This document shows positions 16,390 to 29,700 of a stretch of 64,000 nt of DNA, one piece after another. How positions within the stretch are numbered: the first letter of the stretch is position 1; the number at the start of each line of letters is the position of its first letter. The position numbers were made by a program, and so were the translations under genes. The stretch lies in assembly GCF_000150275.1 (NCBI RefSeq), contig NW_002060947.1, positions 2,283,740 through 2,347,739 of the forward strand, read 5' to 3'. Below the pieces are notes generated by a model. It did not search any database, was not told the origin of the DNA, and was given only the letters and a program-made list of their open reading frames with translations. The DNA is from Trichoplax adhaerens (taxonomy: Eukaryota > Animalia > Placozoa).

Positions 16390-17752
16390 ATGTATCGATT
16401 ATCATTATGTTGTATAATTATACTTGTTTTATTTGCGAATGAAATTGAGCCTAAGTTTGCCAAACCAAAGGAAGGTAAATTTTATTAGTCCTTTTCGACT
16501 TCGTTCTAAGAAAAATTTGTGTATTGAAAAATGTAGACTTATGAATTTATTATGGTTCAAAAAGCATTGATTAGCCAGTAAAATTCTAGTATTAATATCA
16601 TAAATTTCAGGATAATTGCCTTACAACCGTTGATTTGATTGTATTTATGATTAAAAAATTACCAATAGTAAATAAAAGATGACAAATCTGAAGAACTTCA
16701 TATATGAATATATACTGAATATGTGTGTTAATGCAGATATACCTTGGAATCTACAACGTCGAAGCAATGCTAACAATTTAAAGTCTCGTAGCGATTCTGC
16801 TAAATTATCCAATACGGAACATAAAAAGAAAGACTTGGTTGCTGAAGAGCAATCGCATCCAATATTTGGAAAAGGTTTAGTTAATGAAGGTAGGTGGACA
16901 TTGAATATTTTGTAGATGTAACTTTAAATATTAAACGTTATGATACTCATTATGGTGCTGTATTTTCCTTAATATTTATTCTGCAGATGTATTCATGTAC
17001 ATATCAGCGCAAACGGACAATTTTCATATAGTTGCAATAGCTTATGGCTATACCCTTTTAAGTTAAAGATTATATTTTTATATTTTGCAGCTAAGAAGAC
17101 ATCCAGGAACGAAGCATTGCAATATAATGGTTGGCCTCCATTTCGTCGGGAGGATGAGTCAAAGCAATATAATGGATGGCCTCCATTTCGTCGGGAGGAT
17201 GAATCTAAGCAATATAATGGATGGCCTCCATTTCGGCGAAGTGATGAATTAACACAATACAACGGATGGCCTCCATTCCGTAGAAATGATGGAAAGGAGC
17301 AATACAACGGATGGCCTCCATTTCGTAGGAATGCTGGGATGATGCAATACAATGGATGGCCTCCATTTCGTCGAGATGATGAAAAAATGCAATACAACGG
17401 ATGGCCTCCATTTCGTCGAGAGGATAGAGAAAAACAGTACAACGGATGGCCTCCATTTCGTCGAGATGATGAAGTTATGCAGTATAACGGATGGCCCCCA
17501 TTTCGTCGGAGTGAAGCAGTTCAGTACAATGGATGGCCTCCATTTCGCCGAGACGATCAACAGAACAAGCCCTATAACGGATGGCCTCCATTTCGTCGAG
17601 AAGATCAACAAAACAAGCCATACAATGGGTGGCCTCCATTCCGTCGTGACGATCAACAGAATAAGCCTTACAACGGCTGGCCCCCATTTCGTCGAAACGA
17701 TCAACAGAAAAAGCCTTATAACGGATGGCCTCCCTTTCGTAGAAATAACTAA
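16390..17752 (+). CDS. WPPF neuropeptide precursor (~299 aa): signal peptide and 14 [Q/P]YNGWPPF-RR units
   Basis: Exons 16390-16474 (MYRLSLCCIIILVLFANEIEPK..., signal peptide), 16737-16889 (alternative donor at 16874) and 17091-17752; phase-1 introns. 10 QYNGWPPF and 4 PYNGWPPF copies, each followed by RR and an acidic spacer; no amide-donor Gly. Confidence 0.93.
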
Positions 17753-18678
17753 AATTACTGTGTTGTAAAATGTCCTTTTTAAACTTGCTCCCAACCAGTA
17801 AAGATACGCTCATCGAAATTCTTCAAAATATTCGGATAAAAGTGCATCAATTGATCTTATATTTTAAGTAATTTTCTCCCTCAACGTAATACCTGTATTC
17901 ATTCATAGCGAGACCTTGGAGTCAGATATGCTGCATACTTGACCCAATTTTGAAATACAGAATATGATCGAGACGTAGTACTGTATTGTACTGTACTGCG
18001 CGTTTTTCTTGAATGATTCCTAAACTGTAGTCGAATATTATTTAGATGAGATATAGAAAATGTTTATTCTGAATTATATTCTCCTGATTAGAGTATGCAG
18101 ATGTTCTATTAGGCTTGAGTTTATAACTGCTATAATACTACGTACCTTTATATCTTGCTATCAGTTACCTTTGCTTGTATTATGAATATTCCCTATGAAT
18201 ACTAAATAAAGCCGTTCCGAATTGCGCTACTGTTCGTTATTAAGGGTATAAAATTTTGAATATAAAAATTTTATCTTTACAATTTAAAAGTACGGTACGC
18301 GTATAGTCATATGACTACTTTAGTGCTATACGGATAAATGAGAGATCTCAATTTTCATCTTAGAAGGAATAAAGTAATACAATAGAATTAAGTATTAAAA
18401 GGTATTAGTTAAATATTGTATCGCTGGGATTTTTCTCTTCAATTTAGTGATGCACCAAATGCCTATTTAGACACAGTAATTGTATATATGCGTTACAGTA
18501 TTAGAGATTGCCTTGAAAACGCAAGAGCAAGAACTAATAATGTCAAGCAATATCAATACTTATAACTTAATGTTAGTATAGTGCCTAGAAATTTATTCAT
18601 AAAACTGAGGATGCCACGAGGTGTTACCTTCCATATACAGTATATGATATAGCTGCCAACAATGCATATCTCACCAAG

Positions 18679-19500
18679 GACTCCTCAATCGCCCCAGCTT
18701 CACAAAAAGTTAACTTCAACTTTTTTTGTGAAGCTGGGTTGGTCGACGAGTCTGTCATTCTCACATTACACATACTGTACTTATTTTCACCTTTTAATAG
18801 ACATAGCTATCAACACTTCACAACACTCCCCTAACTAATTTCAACAACTGTTAGAATGCTGCACATGTACAATGTACATACGCGTATATATGTACTGTTA
18901 TAATTATAGCTTTTAAGAAGAAAAAATTGAATAAGTTATTTTATCATGTATGAAATACCGCCATATTGTCAGGGACTACTCAACTAAGATTTCCCCCTCG
19001 AAGCCGTCACTAAAAACTGGACGGCTTTTTTGCGGGGAAATCTTAGCTTAGTAGTCTCTGTTGTTATATATTATTACATTGAGATATAATAAAACATTAA
19101 GTTCAAAAATATTTAGCTAAGACTCTTATTTTGATCTTGATAGTAATATGAAATAATATTATTATAATCGACGCGATTAGCGCCAAAGTAGCAGGTCAGC
19201 CTATAAAATTGGTATCCATAGTTCATATTTGCTTAGACAGGTTTCAAAGTACATTACAGTACATCGTATACACTATAGTCGTTTTAGCAGTACTTGCGGA
19301 TACGTACTTACAGTATGTCACAATTTAGTCTGCCGCAAAGCTACAAGAAACCTAGCAATATTTACGCTATACAGCAGGGCAGGGGTGACAATTTTTATGC
19401 AACAGAGGTACAGTTTTGATTGAGTAGTCCCTAATAGTACTGTCACATGGACTTCTAGAAACATCGAGGGATGCTCAAGGTACAGTATCTAGAAGTCCAT
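18679..19500. repeat. Cluster of long imperfect hairpins (MITE-like foldbacks)
   Basis: Hairpins at 18679-18752, 18970-19060 and 19447-19500. Related GGACT(A/C/T)CT arm ends, and an inverted copy of agggactactcaa at 19420-19432. Confidence 0.65.
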
Positions 19501-19569
19501 ATGCAGTGTAAACATTCAGATTTTAAGTTGAACATCAAGTTACTGGAGGCACGTTTGCTACACAAATAT

Positions 19570-19870
19570 AGTACTGTACGGTACGTACTTTACAGTGTAC
19601 AGTACAGTTTGCGGATGTACTGTACTGTACAGTAGTACACTGTAGCATTGCATAAAAAAATTTTTTCGGCGTGCACATTTACCCGAGTTGTTGTTTTAGA
19701 AAATTAAAAATTTTTTTTTGCCTCTGGTAGTCCAGTGATCAGTGGAGTACTGTACTGTACAGTACCGTACCGAACAGTACAGTACTGTACATGGGGGTGC
19801 GAAAATAAAATCTGTTCCGAATAGTACTGTACTGTACATACTGTACTGTACAATGTACAGTACAGTATAA
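19570..19870. repeat. TACTGTACAG satellite block
   Basis: Dense tactgtactgtacagtac runs. Confidence 0.8.
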
Positions 19871-21139
19871 TAATTAATTATATAATACTATATAATATGA
19901 TATACGGTATACTGTATAATAATATAATATATACTGTATATATAATAGACTCAATCTATCTTTTAGTCAGAACATCCTAGTTATTAGTGCGGCCTCCTCT
20001 TTCAGTTGCCAGTAGAGTACCCATTGGTAAGTAAAAAAAATGTATTTTCTTTTTTCCTGTCATTTTTAATGTACAGTACTATGTTGTGTTCAGGAGGTTT
20101 TGTTTTACTGTCAAACTTGCAATTCTTACTGTAAGAGCTGTTTGTGAAATTATCGCTATTTACCATGCAGTTCTGCGATTGAACATGTAATGGCGTACTT
20201 ATTTGATCATGTATTAACAGATACAGCAGAATAGACAAGAGCTTAATATCTGTATCTACTGTACAGAGTATACTGTAAATGATTGTATGTATTTCACGAT
20301 GAGTCATAAAACGGCTACAATTTACGTTTTCACGCTTTAGTTCAACGCGTTTTGTAATCTTAAAAAATTAATTTGTATAATCAGATGTACATAAGTACGG
20401 TACATTATCCGCTAATATGGTAATGAACGAAAAAATTACAGAGTACCACGTTAAATAGAAATGTTCTGCTACTGCTAGAAAATGAAAATAATCATGGTGC
20501 CCTAGCATGCCGTAAATGTAGAGTTTGCGATGAAAATTTGGATCAATTCTGTTTCATATTTTAATATAGAAAAAATTAGTGTAAACGGTATGTAGGTCAT
20601 TACCGTGCCTATACCTAGTTTCAGACAACAGACGTTCAGCACGGCGGATGATTTATTGTGCATATCTAATAAGCTGTTATAAAAGGGCGGAACTTCACGG
20701 TCATCGCACTAAGCAGCACTTTAAAAAGTTATAGCTTGAGTTGGCACTTTTTACATTCTCGTACGAAATCTAAGAAAATAGGAACTTATGATAACTCAAT
20801 TCGGTCCTTTTCCTTAAACGGGTGAACGATTACTCTAAAAATGAGACAATATCGTATTAAGTGTACAGTACTCATTTATTTTTGTAAGGAACTTCGAAAT
20901 TATGTCAGTGGCGTGAAACATCATTACAAAACTATAACTATTGGTAAAAGTAGTCCAAAAAGCAGGAAATGAATCATTGCTCTGATCGGAATACAGCTTA
21001 AGTGTACGGAAACACTACTGTACGGATATTGAATTTACGGCCTAAAATACTCTCAAATACACGTATAACAAGCATTGACGGGAAGATATAACAACTATTT
21101 AATATTCGAGTAGAAATGCCTTTTTTATTTTTTTCCTTT

Positions 21140-21610
21140 GTATACAGTATACGTGTATGTTACATTATACTGTACAAGCAAGCATAGCAATATACTGTAC
21201 AGTACAATACAGTACAGTATATGTACTGTACATACTGTATGTGTACAGTACAGTACTGTACAGTACTGTATATCTTTCAATATTTACCACAACACTGCAG
21301 TTCCTCTGTTATATTGTACAGTCATTGCACCATTACACTAATTACTACATCGTACTGAATAACCCTATACTGTACTGTACTGTACTGCATTGTACAGTGT
21401 ACAGTCGACAATGTACCGTTAAAAATCTTAACTTGACCGAGATGAGAACCGCACACCTCTGTAGCGTCTGTCTGAAGTTTTACAGTAAACATCTTCGTCA
21501 GTACGGTACTGTACGTACAATACACTACAGTATCTAGTACTATACTGTACAGTACTGTACTGTACTGTATTATTACAATGAATTTATTTATTATAACACT
21601 GTACGTACAG
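21140..21610. repeat. TACTGTACAG satellite block upstream of HIF-alpha
   Basis: Dense tactgtacagtac runs ending ~370 bp before the HIF-alpha ATG. Confidence 0.85.
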
Positions 21611-21977
21611 ATTCTGTAAAGCGTTAATTAAGAATAAAGCATGAAGAATACTAAAGCCGGGCGGATTACAAAAGAAAACTTACTAATAAAACGTTGTGCG
21701 GTAGACTGTACAATATATATTTACTAGTATCACGGGAGGTGTTAACGTTAATAGCAATTACATCTAGTATTTTTACGTGATAAAATTTATTCGCGGTAGG
21801 TAACTATTTTCTAATTTTATACTATTTACTACAATAAATTAGCAATTGCAATAATGCGCAAGCAATTAAGATTGAAGAGCTTATTTGTTTCCTAAACGTA
21901 CTTATGGTTATTCTTTTACAGATTTGCTTCCGAATAGTACTTTCATTCTAAACCATTTCAGCATCTATTGAATCAAG

Positions 21978-24900
21978 ATGATTAATAGACGCAAAGGAAA
22001 TGCAAGTCATAACGCCAAAGCTGCATTGTAAGTTTAGTCGCTAATAATTCTATAACCTATAAGGCTGTTGGTAGCTATCAATTTCTATTGGCGTAGTCTT
22101 CGTTTAAGATCTCTGTTAATGTGCTACCATTTTATTTGAATGTAATTTTGTAATGTGCAAAGAAAATAGTACATCATTCGCTATACAATAACAGTCCTGC
22201 TTATACATTTACATTAGTAGGATGATGTAGATATAGTATCGTAAATTTAGATCGATATTATTGTTGTTATAAATATAGCAGCATATCTGCTAATATCTGT
22301 ATAAGCAGTTGTGAATAAATCATGTCAATTACATTACATAGTATCCAATTTCGTTCTTGATAGAGCAACAGATACCATCTTTTCGATGTCTCTTATTAAT
22401 ATCGGAAGTTTTGAAATAGTAAATAATTCGAATCAGATCAAGCTTTTTACTGATAGAGATATAGATAATTGTTAACTTTACAATAAATTTAGCGATTTCT
22501 TATGAAGAGGAATGTTACTGTAACATTTGTAATCAAATGATACTTTTCTTATAGCAAACAACAAGTTAGAAGAGAAAAGTCGCGAGATGCCGCCAGATCG
22601 AGGCGAGAAAAGGAATCAAATGAAATCACGGCTTTAGCGCAGAGTCTCCCTTTGCCTTTTGCTACTGTTTCAAAACTGGATAAGAGTTCGGTAATTCGTT
22701 TGGCTACAGGCTATATGTTATGCAGAGAGTTGGCCAAATTTGGTTTAAGTATGTTCTATTAGAGGATCTAATTCAATGGTTTACCACGTATATGTCGATT
22801 TACCTATAGTAATGTCATGTTGCTACCTGATGTTGATATCGATTACAAAATGATTGCATTTAAAAGCATTATTGTATTGCTATGTAGGCAAAGCAGACTT
22901 ACCGCATGGCTTAAAAAACGCATATGATGGGGTTGCTTTAGAAGTAAGAGCACTTGCTGTATTATCCTATAACTTTTACCTAAGTCCATTCATACTGAAT
23001 GATTGTTCACTTTTCGATGTTGCAGGCTCTTAATGGTTTCGTCTTTGTTGTAACGCCGGGTGGAAAGATTATCTACATTTCAGACAATGTTGTCTCTTAT
23101 TTAGGATTATCTGCGGTTAGCTAAATAATTTACTACTATATTTTTTATATGGCTATCGATTATAATTACCGAATACTTTATGAACCTAAACTAATGTAAC
23201 TATCCTTTTAACCTCAATAATTGTGTTAATAGGTTGATCTTTGTGGTCTTAGTATCTATGATTATCTACACACTGCGGATGCTCAAGAATTTAGCAACAA
23301 CATTCGTAGTGGTTGTACTGATCTTAGGAGTACATACTGTAAGGATGTAATGAAGAAAGGTAATATGGATTTATTTTATACTCGAATACTGAATATTCAC
23401 ACTACAATCACGCAGGGTAATGATAATAAAATTAATTTTTGCACCTCTGCGAGTAGGAAAATGGCATGAGATCTTTATGCGAATGAAGTCAGCGTTTTAT
23501 AAGAATCAGTCAGTTACTCCGAAATCTCCTGATTATAAGGTAGGGTTTGTTGGAGCTATTTCAGCTATAATAACTGGTTTCTTAACTAGATCTATTAATT
23601 TACAGAACTTCTGAAGCTTTTTGACTATTTGCATATACCTGTGTAGATAAATTTGCTAGATGTTATCTTTGGAAGTTCTATTTCCGTTAAAGTCCGTATT
23701 TTTGTAGACTCTTAGGTGCACTGGGCGATGCTGTGTACAACTACGTTCATCATCTGATAAAATTTGTAATGACTTAAGAGCAACTGATAATATATCAGCT
23801 TGCTTTGTATGCTTTGCGGAGCCTTTGCCTAGCTCTATTGCAATGGACGTGCCACCTCAGCAGAAATACTTCAAAACAACATTTACACTTGACTTAAAAT
23901 TTAACCATTGCGATAACAGGTTCTTCAATGTTAAGAGATTTCTATATTGTGCTGTAGGCGCATTTATTAGATTATTTATTTTCTTACTATTGCTATTAGA
24001 ATAACTGACTGGACAGGATATGATCCCGTGGACCTATACGGAATGTCTTTATATCAGCTCTGCGATAGGGGTGATGATCATAGGGCTAAGGAGTTCCATA
24101 AAAATTGTAAGTTTTTGGCTTTGAATTTAAAATTTTAAGAAGAAACTGGACAGGATTAAAACTTAGTAATTAATATTTATACTAGTGATATTGAAGGGAC
24201 AGTGTGTTCTTACAAACCTGAAAATTTTGGCTAAGTATGGCGGGTGGATCATGATTTACATGAACGCTTCGGTTGTCTGTGATAATGGAGCGCCATCGCC
24301 TCAACGTATTGAAGCCGTTAGCTGTGTTATAGGGTTAGAAGGAAATCTTCATCTGTTGCTTTCTATGATCAACTATATTTATAAACTTTAATTTACTTGA
24401 GCAGGACATCAAGTGGAAAGGATATCACGTCATTGGAGCAACGTTGCGAAAGTCTTAATAACTGTAGAATGTATGCAAGTGAAACTCAAATGTGCTTTGG
24501 AAAAGATGAAAATACAGTAACTCTTAACGCAAATTCAGAAATTTCTTGTGACGTAAGTGATCGTATCAGAATCCCGTATGAAGGGGCGGACGTTAAATCT
24601 GCTTCGGAAATGGAAGAATCCGACGTGGAATGGTTAGCTGATGTACTTGACTACGATACTTTCTCATCAAATCCAATGCTATGCGATTATAACGCGCAGT
24701 CTGAGTTCTGTAAAGACAAGACTGGCAATCATATTGAGGCAGAACAAGTGGCGGTTCCAATTAATGAGAAAGAGGATTATGATGATCTTGCACCATTCGT
24801 ACCTCCTCCAAGCTTCGATAATCGGTTGTATGATAACTTTGTGAGCATTTGCAATGATATACGTACTGAACAGGAATTCATGCCAGATTGCACTTTCCTG

Positions 24901-24984
24901 CCAGCAAATGAAATTTCTAATGAAGATCTAGTTAAAAGTAATTATGACATCATTACTGATAAACGTTACCTGTTGGTTCCATAG
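21978..24984 (+). CDS. HIF1A: Hypoxia-inducible factor alpha (bHLH-PAS-ODD), ~546 aa, 10 coding exons
   Basis: Exons 21978-22027, 22555-22742, 22888-22943, 23026-23115, 23233-23359, 23457-23539, 23708-23919, 24000-24106, 24186-24333, 24405-24984 join in frame. bHLH RREKSRDAARSRREKE..LDKSSVIRLA; PAS-A ALNGFVFVVTPGGKIIYISDNV; PAS-B/PAC LAKYGGWI; ODD EKEDYDDLAPFVPPPSFD (Pro codon 24793-24795). The C-terminal end is less certain. Confidence 0.92.
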
Positions 24985-26784
24985 TTTCAAAGTGCCACAT
25001 TGCATAACATAAGTGCATGATACATTAATGGTGCTACACCTATCGGTAGCTTGTAATTTCGAAATGGCTTCTGTAATAATTAATTTTACCCATCTTTCTT
25101 TATTGTACACAGTGTGAAGTGTACGTTTGACATTTTATGTAGTTAGGCCGAACGTTTTCCATCCCAAAGAATAAATTCTTACTAATTAACTACTTTATCA
25201 CCTCCTTGTCATGATAGATCTTTAAAGATATATTAATAGTAATACGTCGTATATGGTATTAGCAGATCTCTATTTATTGTTAATATATTAACAGTCAATA
25301 AAATGTCTAACCTATATGGAGAATGTGTTCGTTATCATTCTATAAGACTTTATCAGTATTCATAAAATATGAGCAAACTCTAATATCTTTGCAATACTGG
25401 GCATACGCAAAATTTCATTCAATTGCTGATGCCAGATAGCCCTCTATAACCCCGTGATGCTATAGTTCAATAGCTTAAAATTCAGGGTTTCTATAACAAC
25501 TCATTGATACGAAGGATTGGTGAAGTATTGTGAAAAAATTGATATGGTATTGCTGTATGTTCCTAATGATAATCGTATTCACTTTACAAAGTTTGGAATA
25601 CGATTTAGAATTAATTATATATAATTATGGATTTGAGAAACGATAAATTGATATATCAATATTGATATATTACAGTTGAACATCACTGTCACCTCATTTA
25701 GTGTTTGAAACTTATTATTATTTTAAAACAATGACCTTATCGATTTGCGGTAGATCAATTATATTTCTATATTGCATCAGCTCATAAATTGGAAAGCCGG
25801 CACACGTGATAGTTTATAATGTTTCACAATAACCTTTACATTTTGCACGTGTAGGTCATTATTCTGCGACGTATTTGCCTGCGTGTGCTACTGTACGGTA
25901 ATGCAAGCAAGAACCTGTATTAAAATATTAGCTACCTCAATTAGATTATAGCACTGCAAGTGTACTGTAAATTGCCGGTATACGGACACACAAAACAAGG
26001 CTACATCTACAGGTTTGGTGCTGACCGTTGCGTTAATGGATCGAAAGTAAAGAATTCTTTTCATATACGTTAAATTAATATTTGCATATGGATTTGCACA
26101 ATCTTTAATCATGGTGTATCATTACTATAAATAACGATATGCAAATCAATTTTACACTAATTAATACTCTTTTCCTTAGTAACTATTTTGTAGAATACGG
26201 TTAAAAACGCTATTTTAGCTAATAAAATTGCATACAATTGAACTTCGTGAATGCCGGATTTTATTAATAGTTGATAGTCTTTGATAGTAGAAGCACCTGG
26301 ATTAGTTCATTCTCAATGCAAATAAATGTTTATAGTGTATCTGATATGCGTATCCTAATATCGATATATTGATTCCTGAACATAGATTTTTAATAATTGA
26401 ATAAGTTAAAGCAAATTAAATGATTTTATGCATCATATGATAATAATTTTTAGAATAGGCAACAATACACAGAAAGATTGTACATACGCGTATGAGTGCA
26501 ATTCTTGCATTTTTAATATTTATTTCATTAATACCTTGCATAGCTATAGGTACGCATGAGGGATTATACATATACTAATGCACCTGACTATATTCACTAC
26601 GTGGTACATGTAACAAGCTATCGCTATTCGCTAAGACTTGTTTAGTATTACTGTACTACTGTGTTGTATTGGTAGGTATTGGTATTCATTTGAAATTAAA
26701 ATGATCATATAGATGATATAAACTTTCTCGGATAATTATAATCAACAGAAAGGAATTTGGAGAGCGCATCTGATGACGTGATTC

Positions 26785-29700
26785 TTAGTACATGAAAAAT
26801 GGATTTACGGGTGCAGAACCTAAAATAGGTGATAGATAATAGTTACAATAAAATATAACACCTATTTTTCAATTGTAAATACTGAATATAACGTAGGCTT
26901 AATAGAATAAGAGTGCGACATTAAGTAATATCGTTATGAATGGGATTAATATTACTCTAATCTATTCTTAAATGCAACGGTATTATTTTCATCATGATAC
27001 AAAAAACAAGGTATTAAATGTAAAACAATTGGGTAACTAAATTAAAATTATTATTGCTAAGAATCTCTACCATCACAGGTGCAGTTGTTACCATCGTTGT
27101 TAGTAGTACCACTATTTTCATGCATGAATTCTGCATTAAATTGAATTAAATGTTATATGTGCATAGTAGTGAGTGAGAATATCTACCATCTCTGCTGTAT
27201 TCAATGTGCATATGTTAGCATGCTGGTTAATGCAACACTAATTCATGCAAAGATTAGTATGAATTAACTTACTGCCTCATTAAGCAGCCAGTCTTATTAA
27301 TCCTTGATCATTTAAATTTAAATGAGTGCAAATTATTAAGATAGTGTCTAAAACTCGTATCTGCCAGACCTTTTAATTTTATTGATACTAGATCGCTACT
27401 ATACCTGCTCTTGGAATTGAATAATATGACGGAGTTTCTATAAAGATTAATTGTTGGGATGATTAGTAAGTAGCCATATGAGATCTTGCTATGATTATAA
27501 CAAAACATAGTTATATACATAAATCATATCGATAATTATAACGCTGTATATCAGTAATATTAGCAATAATACCATGTAATTACGTATAGTATTTTGAATA
27601 TTTTAAGCAATAGAATGAATAATGCAATCCTACTCCCAATAAAATTTTACCGCGGCAACTCGAAAATTCTCTTTTATTGAAGTACATTTGCTTACCTTCT
27701 GCATTGTTACGGAAAAATTGAGCATCTAGGTTGTTTGATATATAATAGAAATCATTAAAACTCTTGCTTAATATTATTATAATCAAATATTGGTATCTAA
27801 TAACATGCAAAATCAGTAGTAAAATACCATTAACAAGACGTAAAGTTACTAGTTACTTTCTTTTAAACAAAGTTATGGATAATTTTATATCATTATTCAG
27901 TGTTACTTATTTGCCGGCGATGTTTTATGACTATTAAAGTCGTTAAATAAATTAGTTGTTATTATGCAATTAATTTTTTAAGACTGCTTTATTAATTATC
28001 TCTTTGAATTTTCTATTTTCTTATACTGAAAGTGTTAGTCTACATCTGATATATAGAATTGTTCATTAATTTGCAATGACTTTACCAAAGTAGATTCTTA
28101 CTAGAGCAATATCACTGTAATAATTTCTGAAGTCAATTGAAAGACATGATGTGAAATTGTTTAAGTAAATTAATAAATGAATTGACAACTGTTTCATTAT
28201 AATTGGGGTAGTATTTACGTCAAGATGAAACAATTTTCACGGTGAGGTTTACAGTATAATTATCGGTAGCTAGCAACACATAATTTATAGCTATTAGGAG
28301 ATTATACGTGATTGTGCTATTCAAATAATATGCTAAAGCACAGTATTGTTAATAAAGTGTTTATAATTATACTTCTTAATAGTAATTTTATTTTCTGACT
28401 TTTACATTATATAGTATGAAAATTTTTTTTATTGTAAATAATGACTGTCTTAGAAGAGGTCTTAGAAATTTAAACTGACCATCTTTCTTGTTCCCGAAGA
28501 ATTGATCATCTAATTTAAGGAAAGAAACAAAACAAAGTTGAAAGTTATCATCGTAATAATCAGCTAAATAACAGCAACATTGTACCCTACTGACGTGAAC
28601 AGACAAAAGTTGCAAATAATAAAGCTGTCATGAAATAATTCTTTTATGCTAATAATAGTGACAAGTTTATTAATTGCACATACCTTCCTTCTTGTGTCCA
28701 AAGAACTGATCATCTAAAATAAGGAAATAATTTTTAATAAAATAATTAGGGTAGTAATAAGAAAAATTGTAGCTTACTGACAAAGTAGATAAAGGAAGGT
28801 AACTGATAGCAATGTAGAATAATAGTTTTCTTTACAGAGATAAGATATTTATAATAGAGCTGTTAAAAGTACAAGGGGAAAGACAACGATAACACTTTCA
28901 GTTTCTCAACATTTCTTCAATTTATAATATAGCTTGGAGATTCTAAGTTTAACAAAAATTATAATACATAGTATTGCAGTCTTTTCGGGTGACTTTATTC
29001 TAGAAGTATTATTTAAATACCGTAATTGCGCAGTCGAATTAAAAATACCTATGCTGGGTCATTCAAGTTCAAGTACATTACGTTGTGGCATAAGTTATGA
29101 CTATGCTAGCACAATCATAGCTCTAAAATCATTATTCATTTTAAGATATAACACGAAAATATTTATGATGTTATATAAGCTCTATTTAGACTGCAATGAT
29201 CTTGGCTGAAATATATACATAAATTTAATTAAATACCTTTTTTGGAGCCAAAAAATTGACCGTCTGAATGTAAAGAGAATAAAATGTCACATATTTCATA
29301 TATTATCAATAAAATTTATTTGGAATAAAGAATTATTTGCATATCATAGCGATAAAATTTATTAATAGAAGTTCTTAGTTCATTATAAGATTGCATTCAA
29401 TTACCGTCTCTACTCCCAAAGAATTGAGCATCTAAGATAAAGAAATTAAGGATTTCGGATATTAATTATCGTGAAAATATTTATTCAAATGCAGGAAGCT
29501 GGTATATACTACGCATGATAATATAACGACATTGCATAACTACATGTATGTACTCTATTTGAATAGAGTTTTAAATCGATGGACTTGTTAAAGTAGTAAC
29601 TAAGTACATAAAATCTACGAACAAAAAGATGGGTATAGAATGATATAAAATATGACGTAGATAGATGTGAACTACAGGACGATATGTTACTGTTGCGATC

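Noticed and set aside
16993-17813. Several overlapping repeat ORFs (RRNGGHPLYC, MEAIRC, TKWRPS, DGLHF)
   Set aside because: Alternative-frame and antisense shadows of the WPPF repeat exon.
25800-28310. Scattered RCGTG/E-box sites between HIF-alpha and FFNP 3' ends
   Set aside because: Density is near chance expectation and the sites are not promoter-proximal.
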